A stretch of 59,729 bases of DNA, the filler included, from Bipalium vagum (lineage: Eukaryota): the NCBI GenBank assembly GCA_037834085.1. It is 3 parts of 3 records of this genome, joined end to end, with 100 filler letters (N's around TTAATTAATTAA, not from the genome) between each part and the next. Parts side by side here need not be neighbours in the genome. Positions count along the whole stretch, not along the records: positions 1 to 17,426 come from JBBMKC010066090.1; positions 17,527 to 41,218 come from JBBMKC010207041.1; 1 more part is not named here. The stretch is one strand, 5' to 3'. Below, piece by piece: positions 12,956-25,000 of this stretch. The notes under the pieces were generated by a model. It worked only from the letters and a program-made list of their open reading frames with translations, was not told where the DNA came from and made no database searches. Both the position numbers and the translations under genes were made by a program. Position 1 is the stretch's first letter. Every line of letters begins with the position of its first letter.

Positions 12956-15255
12956 GGAAATTGAAAATTTGAAATTGGAATTTAATTAATGATAAATCGT
13001 TTGACATTATCCTTAATTTTAAATTACAAAAATAATAAAATGTATCGATTTGTTATTCAAATAATAGATGAAAATTATTGAATATTTGCAATTCTCCTAT
13101 GATCAATATTTTAATAAACTTAAAATATTAAAATTCGTTTTATCAGAATTTTTAAATTTTAAATAATTGAAGATTTTTGGTATTATTAATCTAAGATTTT
13201 AACAGCCACTCCTTTTATAGTATTGTTAAATTATAAAAAATTATTATAATTATTATGCCAATCAAATATCCATTTAAATATTTTAATCTTATTAAGTGTA
13301 ATTTTCTATTTTTATTTTATATAAATATTAGTCTTATGTTGTTTTTTTTTAATTTTCTTTCATTTTTGTTTCTTAAATTAAACGTGATCAATTAATTGAA
13401 AATAATTACTAATTTGTAAAAAAATTTTGAAATACAAAAAAGTTGTATAAGAGGATCCAAAAACCGAGTATCTAAACATACATTCACCATGACACAAGAT
13501 TATCATGTACAGGTCGTCTCTCGATCGGTTTGACTTGTTTTTTGTCTGCTCTTTCAAGAACTGTTCTAAGAAGTTTTATTTCGTTTTTGATTTATTTCTT
13601 CCTTTGATTTGACTCTATACTCCGGAATATGAAGTGATCAACTAGGTTTAGGTCAGGCGAGTAAGGAATTTGTGAAATAGGCTTGATTACATTCTGATCC
13701 AAGAAAGAATTTGACTACATGATGGCAATCTTTGACATGCATAATGGTGAGGTTTCCATGAGATGTTTGTCTTTCCGATTAGGTTATTCAAACAAGATAT
13801 ATTGAAATTTTGGCTTTATGATACTTTATATATAAAATATATTTCGTAGTATAAAAATATTTTAAACATATAAATTAATCATAAAAAAGGTTCTTCTTTT
13901 TTGTCCCTCTATATATATTAAAAATCAAATTAAAAATAATCACAACATTAAAAAAATAAAACTAATAATAAAGGATGTACCAAAAAGGCCTGACATTCTA
14001 AATTTTTTATAACACTTTTTTTACAACATTGAAAATGTTTTTATATTATGTCAATGTTATCTATACATTGCGGTTATTTATGAAACAAAATGTCTTCCGA
14101 AATATAACCTTGTTCATGTCAGCATAGTTTGATTTTTTTATCACATTTTCCACGGCAATATGGCATATTTGCGGAGAAATAACAGCCAATTTACTATATC
14201 AGTGGACAACCTGTAATTAGTAAATAGTAATAATATTTTAAAAAATTAAAGTAATAAAATTACGTTAAATTTTTTGCTCGTCTGTTTTTATTATTCTCAG
14301 AATAAGCTTGGCTTGTTTTTCTCTATTGAGACTCAATAAAGTGTGACTGAATTATATGAAAATTATTTTTAAAAATCTATATCTCTAATGACCTTTTTAT
14401 TGGTCTTAATTAATAAAATTCAATTAATCGAAATTTAACTAAATTATAAAATAAAATATATTATTATTGAATAAACTTGTATAAGATCGATTTCAATTTG
14501 AAAATTCTAAAGTATTAAAAATCTCTAGGAATTTATTGATTATTTTTTATAATAAATTAGATTTATTGATTAGTTTTGATAAGTTTGTGGGAAAGCGATT
14601 TGAGAATTTCCATTTAGAACAATATTTGGATGGGAATCGGTTGGTTTCTGCTTTTTATAATACCGGCGATAATTTTTGCCGTCAAATTGTCGGGACTATA
14701 CAGAATTTCCCATGTTGAGTCCGAATCTTCTGCTTACAAGTTAGGAAATGTTTATTCTCTAAAATAACTAACTTTCTTAACCTTAGTCATGCATATATGA
14801 GTTCCAATATGTTCTTATCGAAAGAAAATCTGGAAATGATTAGGTAGGAAAATTTTTTGTTTTCTGAAAATTGATGTTTTTGCAATTAATACTTTTTGTC
14901 ATGATTTTGTCAAAAGCTCTGTTTTTACAATACAATTAGTGATTATTGATAAATAATATTGATTGGAATATTGAATTATGGTTTTTTGTAAAGGGCATGA
15001 AATTATATATGCAAAATAATGTCAAGAGAAGAATTGAACATCAATACTTATCATTACAGTTTTTATATCCGTATTCTTTTATTTATTGAAAATCACTGAT
15101 ATCGGTCATTAATCGATAAATCATATAAATTGAAAATGATCGAAAATATTTATTTGAATTTCTTTTAAAGAATTATTTCAATAAAATATCTTCTGTATTT
15201 TCATATGAAAAATTGATTTTATTTCACTCTTTTCAGGCGACCCCAGATAACATAA
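614..15255 (+). CDS. PROM1: Prominin (CD133/PROM family) pentaspan membrane glycoprotein; 3' part only, 5' exons lie before the window
   Basis: Hand-spliced GT-AG exons, all phase-compatible: 614-677, 722-858, 1147-1175, 4323-4469, 4528-4657, 6678-6863, 6918-7070, 7120-7194, 8882-9094, 12680-12838, 14618-14739, 14787-14843, 15237-15255 (TAA). Translation includes RFYGLCGLISLTLLIVLLFYIGLCFGTCGG...CNKGTGSGFLMTAVAVSIIFGWLIMLIVMIMFFPGSFLNTEIC (two TMs with a Cys loop; cf. PROM1 LGLLCGVCG...NTGGVFLM...LIC), LGNCKGMSDSFNKVVYSFCYTLIGPF and NNIWMGIGWFLLFIIPAIIFAVKLSGLYR (cf. NLFWFGIG...LPALIFAVKLAKYYR). Many NxS/T sequons in the loops. The family call is firm; the paralogue number is not. Confidence 0.92.
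1288..3618 (-). mobile_element. Degenerate mariner (Hsmar1/cecropia-like) in a prominin intron, interrupted by a Tigger/pogo element
   Basis: Imperfect TIRs: ttggctgtccggaaattaattgcagtttt (~1289) and aaaaccgcaattattttctggacaacctaa+TA (3589-3620). Minus-strand transposase relic ~2336-1363: QIRAIFFF, KLDKYVPH, IVTCVEK..LYDN, TVWWSAVGVIYNSFLNPGNIITIEKYC, LPLRWQRYINSGDSYFN*. About 1.24 kb once the nested insert is removed. Confidence 0.85.
2490..3583 (+). mobile_element. Tigger/pogo-family internal-deletion derivative nested in the mariner
   Basis: TA-cagtagaacctcgctataacga ... tcgttatagcgatgttcttttg TIRs with subterminal tataacg repeats. Coding relic from 2872: MNQKRSAYSIDFKLK...VEQALLIWFKDVRSTNLPVSGSMLKDK...F*ASNGWIMRFKGRHGI (CENP-B-type HTHs), ending QRTITDYFK*. 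DDE domain absent. Confidence 0.88.
4790..6031 (+). mobile_element. Near full-length degenerate mariner (D,D34D) in a prominin intron
   Basis: TA-ttaggtgagtcagaaagtaacctc ... gaggttactttctgactcacataa-TA. Motifs WVPHEL (~5287), VTGDENWI, LCIWWD, FHQNNARPH, HPPY..DIAPTD, with stops and frameshifts. Confidence 0.92.
6097..6162. repeat. (TTA)n microsatellite
   Basis: Directly visible. Confidence 0.95.
6480..6651. other. Assembly gap (172 N) inside a prominin intron
   Basis: Run of N; prominin exons on either side join in frame. Confidence 0.97.
7885..8345 (+). mobile_element. Mariner transposase fragment
   Basis: PYSPDLVPSDYHF at ~8163-8200 and C-terminal AAGINKLSLRWQDCV; termini not recognisable. 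Confidence 0.7.
9200..10400 (-). mobile_element. Highly decayed DNA-transposon relic, possibly piggyBac-like
   Basis: Slightly GC-richer block in a prominin intron with scattered minus-strand peptides loosely resembling piggyBac transposase. No intact motif or terminus; boundaries approximate. Confidence 0.25.
11644..12319 (+). mobile_element. Internally deleted mariner (~680 bp)
   Basis: TA-ttaggtttacgcaaaagaaatcgccggttt ... aaacggaaatttcttttgcaatttcctaa imperfect TIRs. N-terminal relic INAAFDAGTTNKRTVWWWF...RRGDEILQDE joined to C-terminal FYLTGMNKIVYNW; catalytic core missing. Confidence 0.8.
12913..12953. repeat. (AAT)n microsatellite
   Basis: Directly visible. Confidence 0.95.
13480..13800 (-). 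mobile_element. Tc1/mariner transposase fragment
   Basis: Minus-strand PYSPDLNLVDHFIFRSIE at ~13667-13612; boundaries approximate. Confidence 0.55.
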
Positions 15256-16099
15256 TTGATTACTTCAAATTTATTGATTTTTCCCTGTATTTTCAAGTGA
15301 CTTTATATTGATGTCATATCATTATTTTGATCTTATTTATCTTATTACTGTTATTTCCTATATATTTTGTTCAAGAATAGCTGTTGATATTCAATAAATT
15401 TTTTGTTGTCAGTCCGCAGATATTTCCCTTTGAATGTGTTTTCAGATTGATTTGCTCATTATGGTTTGATTTGTACCATTATATTTTACATATCAGAATT
15501 TTAAAGTGAATTTCATTCTTAAATTTTGCAATTTATTATAAATTATTCGCCATAAAATAAATGAAATTTTGAAAATTTTCCCAAATCAAATCGAAATTTC
15601 TGATTAAAATTCTATAAATGATTTAAGGATTTCTTTCATTTTTTATTTATTATTTTTAACTTTAAAATCTCTTAAACAATTCATTAAAAATATTAATTAA
15701 ATGATAATTATGAGTTTAAGAAAACTTTCAGAAATATGATCTAGGATCATTATAAAATGAAAAACTAGATACAAGAAATTAATTAGGAACATAGTTTATA
15801 GGAACTTCGCGTATGGACGATGTGTGAAGAATCAACAAAATTAAAGAAAATTGTTCAATTGAAAAAATTATTTTTTCTAATTAAATTTTAATTTATTTAT
15901 TTTATGAAACTAAACAAGGTAATTAAACCAGTAAACTTTAAGAACAATTTTTATTTTGTTGCTTCATTTATAAAATAACCATACGATTTTCTTTATTTGT
16001 GGATCAAATTACGTAATTTATTAATACAATTATTATATTATTGTAATATTATAAAAAATGAATGTAAAACTGAATTTAATATTTTTAAAACTAAAAATA

Positions 16100-16531
16100 T
16101 CGTAGATACTCGAATATAAGCCGAGGTTTTTTTCTATAAAGTTTGATGAAAAAAATGGGGTCGACTTATATAAGAGTCATAGCAGTTTTAATTAATGTAA
16201 TGGCTGTATTTATACAATGAATCGCGCTGTGTTCATAATTGAATACTGTTGAATCGGATGATGACGACTTCTATTCAGACCATATGACTAATGAGCAGGC
16301 ATTGCAACTTATTCAATCAGACTTGGATTCCGAATTTTGTGGTTTTGAATAAATTTTATCTATGATGCCATGTTTGTAAATAAAAATATAAATATTATCA
16401 CGAATATTTTGCAATAAAGTATCAAAAGATTGACATTTTTTCCTTGTTATTTTATGTTATTTTCCAAATGTACGAAAGAGAAAACTACCCAGACATATAT
16501 TTTTACCTCGACTTATATAACAGTCATACGG
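16100..16531 (+). mobile_element. pogo/Tc2-group non-autonomous element (MITE-like)
   Basis: Termini cgtagatactcgaatataagccgagg ... cctcgacttatataacagtcatacgg, plus an internal repeat tcgacttatataagagtcata (~16161). Retains an acidic pogo-type C-terminus VESDDDDFYSD...SDLDSEFCGFE* (16248-16352). Confidence 0.7.
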
Positions 16532-17426
16532 TTTTTCACAGAATTTCCTGTTAAGTTTTGGTGTGAGTGAGGGTGAATATAACTTATCTCTATCTGACTC
16601 CTTAAGGAAGTGTACTGATCACAATATAAACAAAACAATTTTAAACCTTTGTTTCTATTAAACTTTTTACAAATTATTATAAGTGTTTCAAGATTTTTCT
16701 AAAATCAAAATGACAATATATTTTTAATTAAAGAAGATTTTCAATCTACACTTAAGAAATGTGTAGACGCCCTCAAATAAAATAGCGAATCTGATAACTA
16801 GTTTATCAGATCGTAACTGCCAGAATAACACAAAAAGAAGAAACAAAAAGGAATTTTTATAAAAACAGAAACGGGAAATTATATTCACGTTCTGTTTAAT
16901 TAATTAATTAGTTAATTAAAGTGAATATAATAATTCACTTACACTTTAATTATTATATTTTTTCCTTTCCAAAATGAGTTATAATAAACTTTATGTAGTT
17001 ATAATAAACTATCTTTAACTTTCAAATTTTTTTTCGTAGTTGTAATAAACTTAAAATTTTTGAAGGCTAATTTTTATGATTTTTCTTTATGAAATTTTCA
17101 CTGACGTCATTTATTATTGATTTTATGAAATTATTTTTATTTTAATGTTTTATCATATTTCATTATTATATTAATTTTATTTTTTTATTTCAATATTTAT
17201 GGATATTATTAAAATGTTTTTCATCATATTTCATTATCAATTTTTTTATATACTAATATGCATAATTTTTGGCAATTTCCATATTTTCGTTAAAATTTTT
17301 CAATATTATTATTTACAAGTATTTATATAGGTGAAGTGATGTTTGAAGCAAGCAAAATTATAACACAAAATAAATTTTATTTTAAATCTTAGTTATTATA
17401 GAAATTTCAAAACTCTTTAAAAATAT

Positions 17427-17526
17427 NNNNNNNNNNNNNNNNNNNNNNNNNNNNNNNNNNNNNNNNNNNNTTAATTAATTAANNNNNNNNNNNNNNNNNN
17501 NNNNNNNNNNNNNNNNNNNNNNNNNN
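17427..17526. other. Artificial 100-nt contig-join spacer (N44-TTAATTAATTAA-N44)
   Basis: The 12-mer puts stop codons in all six frames and is centred in exactly 100 nt; the same construct recurs at 41219. Confidence 0.95.
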
Positions 17527-17600
17527 TTGTTTATTCCAGATTCATTTTTTACTAAATCATATGATTTTTATAGGTGTACTCAGACTTTTGCACGGGGGTG
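17527..17600. mobile_element. Terminus of a Tc1-like element truncated by the contig join
   Basis: ggtgtactcagacttttgcacgggggtg-TA; the reverse complement TA-cacccccgtgcaaaagt is a typical Tc1 TIR start. Confidence 0.55.
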
Positions 17601-17645
17601 TATTTCTTCTAAATTAAAATAACGCCTTTAACAGATTCTTATTTA

Positions 17646-18829
17646 CTAGGTCGTTCGAAAAGTCCCTGGCCCGAACATGAAAAAATACTAATGGTAAAAA
17701 TTAATGGAAATTCTTTTAAACTATGAAATTAAAAGTTTTAATGCAGTCTACCAATTTGTTTAAATTATCCACTAACATTAAAATTATTTACTTAATTTTG
17801 ATTTTTTAGATGGAAGAAGGCGAATTCAGAATATTTATTCGAAAGAAAACACCAAAAGAAAAAAACTGGATAAATTTTATGGTGATTCTGCTCCTTCGTA
17901 TTCAACGGTAAAAAATTGTTTCGCTGACTTTAAACGCGGTCGTATAAGCACAGATGAAAAAATTCAAAAACTCCATGAAGCAATTATGACTTATCGAAAA
18001 ATCAAAATCAGCGAGTTATCTAACCTCGCAAAGATATCAGTCAATCGTGTTTGGAAAATAATTCAAGATGAATTGGAAATGAAAAAGCTTGTCGAAAAAT
18101 GGGTGCCGTGCACTTTGATAATCGATCAAAAGCAGCAGGTTAATGATTCAAAGCTGTGTTCAACTTTTTAAAATAGAAATTCAAATGAATTTTTGAGTCG
18201 TTATATAACCGCTGATGAAACGTAGATACATAACTACACACCGGATTCATCACGACAGTCAAGCCAATGGGTAGGTACCGATGAAAGTGCTTCCCGCCGG
18301 CCAAAATCACAGCAGTCAGCTAGAAAGGTTATGGCAACTGTTTTTGGGACGCCCATGGAATACAATTTAAAAAGGGGAAAATATTATGCAGCATTATTGA
18401 ATCAATTAAGTAATATTATCGTAGAAAAAAGACCACATTTATCAAAAAAGAAGGTTTTGTTTCATTATGACAATGTGCCACCTCATCGAAGTGTAATTTC
18501 AACGGCTAAAATACACGAATTGCGCTACGATTTGCTTCCACATTCATGGTATTCTTTGAACTTACCATCTAGCGACTTTTTTTTATTCCAAAATTTCAAA
18601 AGAATTGCTCTCTGGTAAAATATTTTACACAAATGGTGAAGTCATAGCTGAAACTACAGTATATTTTGAAGAGTTGGAGAAATCTTTTTTTCATAGAATA
18701 TGAAAAATCTTAAAGGTCGATGGAAACGATGTATCCTCCTAAAAAGAGACTATGTTGAATAATAAAACATGTTCATGTCTTAAAAAATTGTTTTTCTTTG
18801 TTAGGCCAGGGACTTTTCGAACGACCTAG
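17646..18829 (+). mobile_element. Mariner (irritans/Himar1-like) with perfect TIRs and a decayed transposase
   Basis: Perfect 26-bp TIR ctaggtcgttcgaaaagtccctggcc with TA on both sides. Motifs MEEGEFRIFI, KWVPCTL..DQKQ, ITADET*IHNYTP, LFHYDNVPPH, YSLNLPSSDFFLF, RWKRCILLKRDYVE*. Confidence 0.95.
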
Positions 18830-19064
18830 TATAATATTATTTTTGTACTTTTTGAAGACAAAGATTATTATATTTATTATTATTATTATTACATATATAT
18901 TTTACCAATTTGCTGAGCTATTACAATAAGTCTATAAGAAAAGAGTTTTAATTAAAAATAAATTTTCATAACAAGGTGCCCTAAAGCATCTCTTGATCTC
19001 TATGATTTATTTCAAACAGATGCATAAGAAGATTAAAATTGGTAAACAATCATTGTCTCTGACA

Positions 19065-22000
19065 TCACATTATTAATAAGGAGGAAGTATCTTTCAAGTT
19101 TTGTAAGGGAATGTTGAGATTATTGTTCATTTTATTTGATACCATATAACTAGTCTTGTCCTTGTTGATAAAGGGTGACTCTGGATGAGAATCGGAATTG
19201 TTTTGGAATATTATGTGATGATTGTCTTCTTTTGTTAGTGACGATGACAATATTTTTGTCTCAATAATGGGATACTCTGAAGTTGAATAGTTACTGCTTA
19301 AATGTACGTTTTTCCTATTTTCCAGATAACAGAATCTTTCTTCCATCTTCGAGGGATGAATTGTAAAGTATTTCGAATCATCCAGATAAATGACAGGGTT
19401 GACCATATCCCAACTAAAATATGGCTCTGCATTGTTGTTTGAGGGGTCAGATTTAGCACCGTTTTTTTCTATTAAATGGCGGCTTTGATTCTAAAATGAT
19501 GACATAATAAATGTAAGCATGGGATGTATTTTTCATGTTAATGTTATAAATAAGATTTTATTTTATTATTCGAAAGTAAAGAATACTTTGAAAAGCGTTT
19601 TACAGTAAGAATATATTTAAGATTAATTATGAGTCTTTTTAGGATTAATAAATTTAGACAGTTATAGATATGACTTCAAGATTGATCGTAAAAGTTTGAA
19701 GGTGCCTCGAAACACACTATTAAATGATGATTTTATTTTGCTGGGGATGAAGAGGATTGTGAGCGAAACCACGGCCATTGTGAGAAATCAAAGAGGAAGT
19801 TAATTGAATAAGATTTATATAATAAGTTTTGGAAATTTTTCTTGGTGTATTACCGGAGTGTTTGCAATCATTTGTGAGCGAATAGTATCACATGGTTTGA
19901 CAGAAATCGTTATAAAGACAATCGAACAGAATTCATATATGAAGCGAATTCTGTTAGACTACCATTAACGTTCTGTAAAGTAGTGAGCTAGATAAAACTG
20001 CTAATCAATTTTCAAACTTATGATGACTGTTGGGAGATCTTATAGAGATGTGATCCAGTATAATATGTTGAATCAAATCGATGAAATGATCTAAAAACCA
20101 AATACCAGATTAACACATGTAATGGAATATACACTAAAAAAAAGTTTAACCGCTATACTATAAAATCTTAGTTGATATGTTTCACCAACAAGAAGTTATT
20201 TTTCTGATATTTGAAGTTTTTGACCAATTGAACCTTCAATAATTGTGTTATCGCGATATCTATTTCAAGCGCCAATCAGAACTCTTGATTTCTTTTTATG
20301 AAGATAAATAGACTTTTAACGAGTTGAAAATTAAAGTGTACATAGCAAGGGTTTTTATTTCAGTTGTTATGTAGAAAACTGAAAACCGTGAATTTTTTAT
20401 ATATAAAAATTGGAAAATATTGTAGATAACGCTTTAGAAAATCCGACAAAATAATCTTTAACATTTAAACAATAATTCAAATCATTTACATACGTATATG
20501 ATTTTTCATTTATTAAATATTTTTCAAAAATAAATAATCTACATTTTTGAACTACGTCTTTGAAAATCAAATCTATTTTAAGATTTTATTTCCTTATAAA
20601 TTCTTGTTTCTTTTTTATTTTATAAAATGACAATTGAAATTCAATATTGATAAGACGAAAGATAACCGTTCTTCAGTTTTTTTCTTTAGATTACTTTACA
20701 ATATTTCAATAATCAGACACAATCGTTAAATATCATATACCTCTGCAGTTGAGAGAAAATAAAAGTTGGAAAATTAAGTCATTATTTTATATTGAGTTTA
20801 AATATGTTTACGTCCTATGTAAACTGGCTGATTAAAACAAAAATATATAAATATATTACAAAAATAATAAAATTCAAAATAAAATATAATTACTTTAGAA
20901 TCTGAATTACAATTGATTTTATTGCTGGAATAATTCCGCTTAAACTTTGACCGCTGCCTAAAAAAAGATTTAAGACCAACCTATTAAGGATAGATCATAA
21001 CTTTCTTGTTATAAAGATCATCACCAAGAATAAAACGAATAAAAACAGCAAAAGACTCAATACCGACAAAAGGAATAATCTACTGATGCTTGGATCACAA
21101 CCTGTATGTATATCATATCATATAATGTTAGGTTGATTTTCAATGAAATAATTAATTTTTTAATTAATAAACATAATATATAATTAATAATGCCAATAAA
21201 ATAATTATTTTCTTATATTAAACAAAAATTAATTTAAAATATTAATTATATTATATTATTATAATATATTAGTTAAATTAGTATAATAACATACATTATC
21301 TTTCTTTTTTAATTTAAAAAATATTTTATTTTTTATTATTAATAATTACTAAATATTGTTCGTATGATCCAGTGACTGATGGGATTTTTGTAGTGATATG
21401 AAAAGTCCCATGAAACATGTTCCACTACACATTTGTCATATCATATTTATTATTGCGGATTTGTGTTTCTTTTTAAAGATAACTATAACAGATTGTCGGG
21501 ATAAATTTGATAGACTCATCAAAATAGTCTTCATTGAGTACAAGCGTCATGGGAGATGAGAAACATTCAATTTTCGAGACAAAGTCTAATAAAATTCCAA
21601 TACCATGGTCCTTCAACACTTTCTTCTAACAGATTTTCCATGAAATCAACAGTCCGAGCGCAATCAGATATATGTTAAGTTGACTTCTTCCTGCCACAGC
21701 CTCGTAATCTTCATTTCACTTCTCCCGTTCATGCCGAATTTGTTTTCATACTATTCAGGGAATTTTGAGTAGTGATCATAATCTTTTTATTTTGATGGCC
21801 GGTCGAATCACCATGATACAAGTTATTCTCTTTCATGATTCAGGTGGATTCTAATAATCCATTGTCTTTGTCATCGCGTATCTGAATTAAAAAGGATTAA
21901 ACTTTTACAGGAAGAGTAGTTTTTGTAAACAACTTTAACAAATATTGGAAACCCATCTCCTTTTTATTATGTCAAATTTATCCCGAAAACGCTATTTATA

Positions 22001-25000
22001 TTTTTAATTGATTTTCTTTAATTATTTTTCATTTTTATTTTTATATATAATTTTATTATATTTCATATTTATAAAAATTAAAGTTTGAAATATTTTTTAT
22101 GCTTTTACCAAGAAAATATATAATATATAGTAGAAGATTTAAGTGAAATAATATTGCAAATTAATTTTAATATTTTTACGAAATTTATACTGGAATTACG
22201 TGAGAGTACTGTAAAGAAAGAAAATATTCTAAAAATAATAATATTACTTTTAAATTTAAAGGTAATGTAATTAATAATCAGAATAAATTATTAAATGTAA
22301 TAATTTTAAAAATATTGCAAATAAAAATTTTAATTGCCCTTGCAGACCAAAATATGTTCGAAATTTTAGTGAAAAATGCGTATATTCATTTTAGCAATCT
22401 AAATTTTCGTGCAAAAATTTAATTGGATTTCTAGGAAAAGCAATAAGAGTCTATTTTTCCGTTAAAAATAAAAATTTTATTTTGGTTAAGAAATTGTATA
22501 GAAGGCCTTCTTAGAGTAAATAATTTATGTTATGAATTAATTTCAAATTATGGAGTCCATTTATATTTAAACCTCGTTTTCATTAATTATTTAAATGTTA
22601 TTAATTCATGGTAAAATAAATTAAATTCTTCTATTTATTTATTTTGAGTTAAATTATTATTTTTAAATTTAATTTTAATAGATAGAGGACCTAAAATTTT
22701 ATGTTGAAAGCATTTTCAGATTGTCTTATACCCTGTTATTTGAAAATAATAAAATATCAGGTCGTAAAGTATGAAATTCATAATTTTATCGGATCACTTT
22801 TTTAACTTGATTATTTCGCCGAATTTTTTTTGTAAATTAATAATTCTTGTTTTAATATTTTGTCAAAATCACACAATTTAAAATTTAAAGACATTAATTT
22901 AATTATTTAATTATAATTTTTAAATTATGATTTATAGATAATGGGAAAAAGGAAATTCAGTAGAGCTTCCAGCACAGCACAAACCACTGGGAACATAAAA
23001 CTTTTCTTTGATGTTAAAGCGCATAATCAAAGCTCCAGTCGTTTGGTTTGCAAAATTGAGATCTAGTGATTTTGACTTTGAAAATCAGATCCTGAGTAAC
23101 CTGCAACTAGAGCAACAAAGATGAATTTAAAGTTATAGTGGAAAGCAACACTTCCAAAGCTAACACAGAATTACCAGGAATATTACATGTTTTTATTATT
23201 TTTGAACATTTAAATAACAAATAATTCGAATGATGGATTCCATATGAATTAACGAAAATCCATATGCAAAAAGGTTTTAATGAATGCATTTCTCTCTTCT
23301 CACAGAAGAAGAGTGATCATTTTTTGCATGATATCATTATGTGTGACGAAAAAAAATATCCTATATGACAATCGTAAGCGATTAACACAATGATTGGTTG
23401 CGCTTTACTTTGTGGTGCAATTTTAAAAAACATTATGTAATCATCATGTAATTTAATTTTTGTACCACATAAATTTTGATGACATTATAAATTATAAATT
23501 GTACCATATAAATTTTATTATTTGTTTTAATAAAATTTGGGATATATTAGTATTTTAAAAATCGGTGGGCCTGGGTTAATCGTTCATGTTGAGGAATTCC
23601 TGCTTGGTCGACCTAAATCCCGTAAAGGGAGGAACATCAAAAACTACTGGATATTAGGGATAGTTGCTGACTGCAGCAATGATCTTCGTCTTGTTATCTT
23701 AAACGACAACAAAACGAGATTCGGACCACATAAGCCTTAATATCATTGAACATGTAGCACAAGGTTCAATAATCCGTACTGATTATTGGAAAGCCCCTTT
23801 CAAAAGTATTTTATTTTCTACACTCATTTTCATAATTTATTTTTTAGACGCTGAAGGGATTCACACAAACAGGATCGAGTCAATGTGGCGGCCGATGAAG
23901 AATTGGTTTCGGAAACGACAGCCGAATGAAGAGGCATTTAAGGCCACTTTATGCGAATATCTCGCCAGACGGGAATGGCGCATAAATGGTGTTGATATCT
24001 TTGAAGACTTGCTGCGATATATACGGGAATGTTATCCCATTTCATCAAATATAATATATAAAAAAATATTCATCAAATAAATTTAATTTTAATTTGTACC
24101 ACTTATTTTAATTTGACCATATTTTAAATTTTACGATTATGTAATGATTACATACAAACATATTTTTTAAAATGGTACCACAAAGTAAAGCGCAACCCAA
24201 TGATTTGTTGCAGATGATCCTCCAAACGTTGTCCAAATTCCAAATTTCATTAGAAGAAACTAATACTTATTTTTTGGTGGACAAGTGGTTGGTTTTTACA
24301 CTGTATCTTTATGAAATAAGTTCAGTTAATCACATTAGAAGTCTACTGTATTTAATTGGAAGAAATGATGAAGAATCTTGCAAAAAACAGCCGAGATTGA
24401 CCAAGATCTCAGCATGATAATGTCTAGCAGTAAGTTGCAAATCAAACTGAATTAAAAATTCTGGAGATGGATTTGGAAACCTATTATTATTCTCCTTATT
24501 CCCCAGATCTCTCATCTACCGAGTATCATTTTTCGGAATTTGGAAAATTTCCTACAAGAAAAATAATCCAAGAGGATGTCCAATGTGCCTATATGGAATT
24601 TATTGATTTTGTCAAACCACACTTTTGTGATAAAGGCATCCACAAACTCCAGACAAGACAACAGAAGTACATACATCCTAAAGACGTATACTTTCATTAA
24701 TTCCATTGCTCCTGTTAGAGATTTTACTAATAAAAATATGGTATTAAGTTGTTAATTTCATTTTATATGACAATAATAATATAATAATAACTTCTTTAAT
24801 TAGCATGAAATATATGAAAGAAGAATGTGCGATGACTTCCTTTTATTAAAAGACATATTGGTATAATTATTTTTTGTAATGATAATCTTAATATGAAACC
24901 CAATATGGTTGAACCAATAAAATATACTTTTCTTGAAATTATTGTCTATAAGACATTTAAAAATGTTAATAGTTACCATCCTTGCAAAACTGGAAAGGGT

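Noticed and set aside
16562-16943. Possible solo LTR (tgtgagtga ... tcacttaca)
   Set aside because: It has TG...CA ends with a short inverted repeat, but no target-site duplication and no matching LTR in the window.
17471-17482. TTAATTAATTAA palindrome between N runs (also 41263-41274) as a biological motif
   Set aside because: It is a six-frame-stop linker added during scaffolding; the 100-nt construct is identical at both sites.
15255-19065. Convergent prominin-neuregulin gene pair as meaningful synteny
   Set aside because: An artificial contig join (17427-17526) lies between them, so adjacency and orientation are not established.
21500-21890. Exon-like block with recurring in-frame TGA codons, suggesting stop-codon reassignment
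   Set aside because: All 34 modelled host exons translate cleanly with the standard code. The block looks like a decayed Tc1/IS630 N-terminus (TGEVK..RGCGRKKST).
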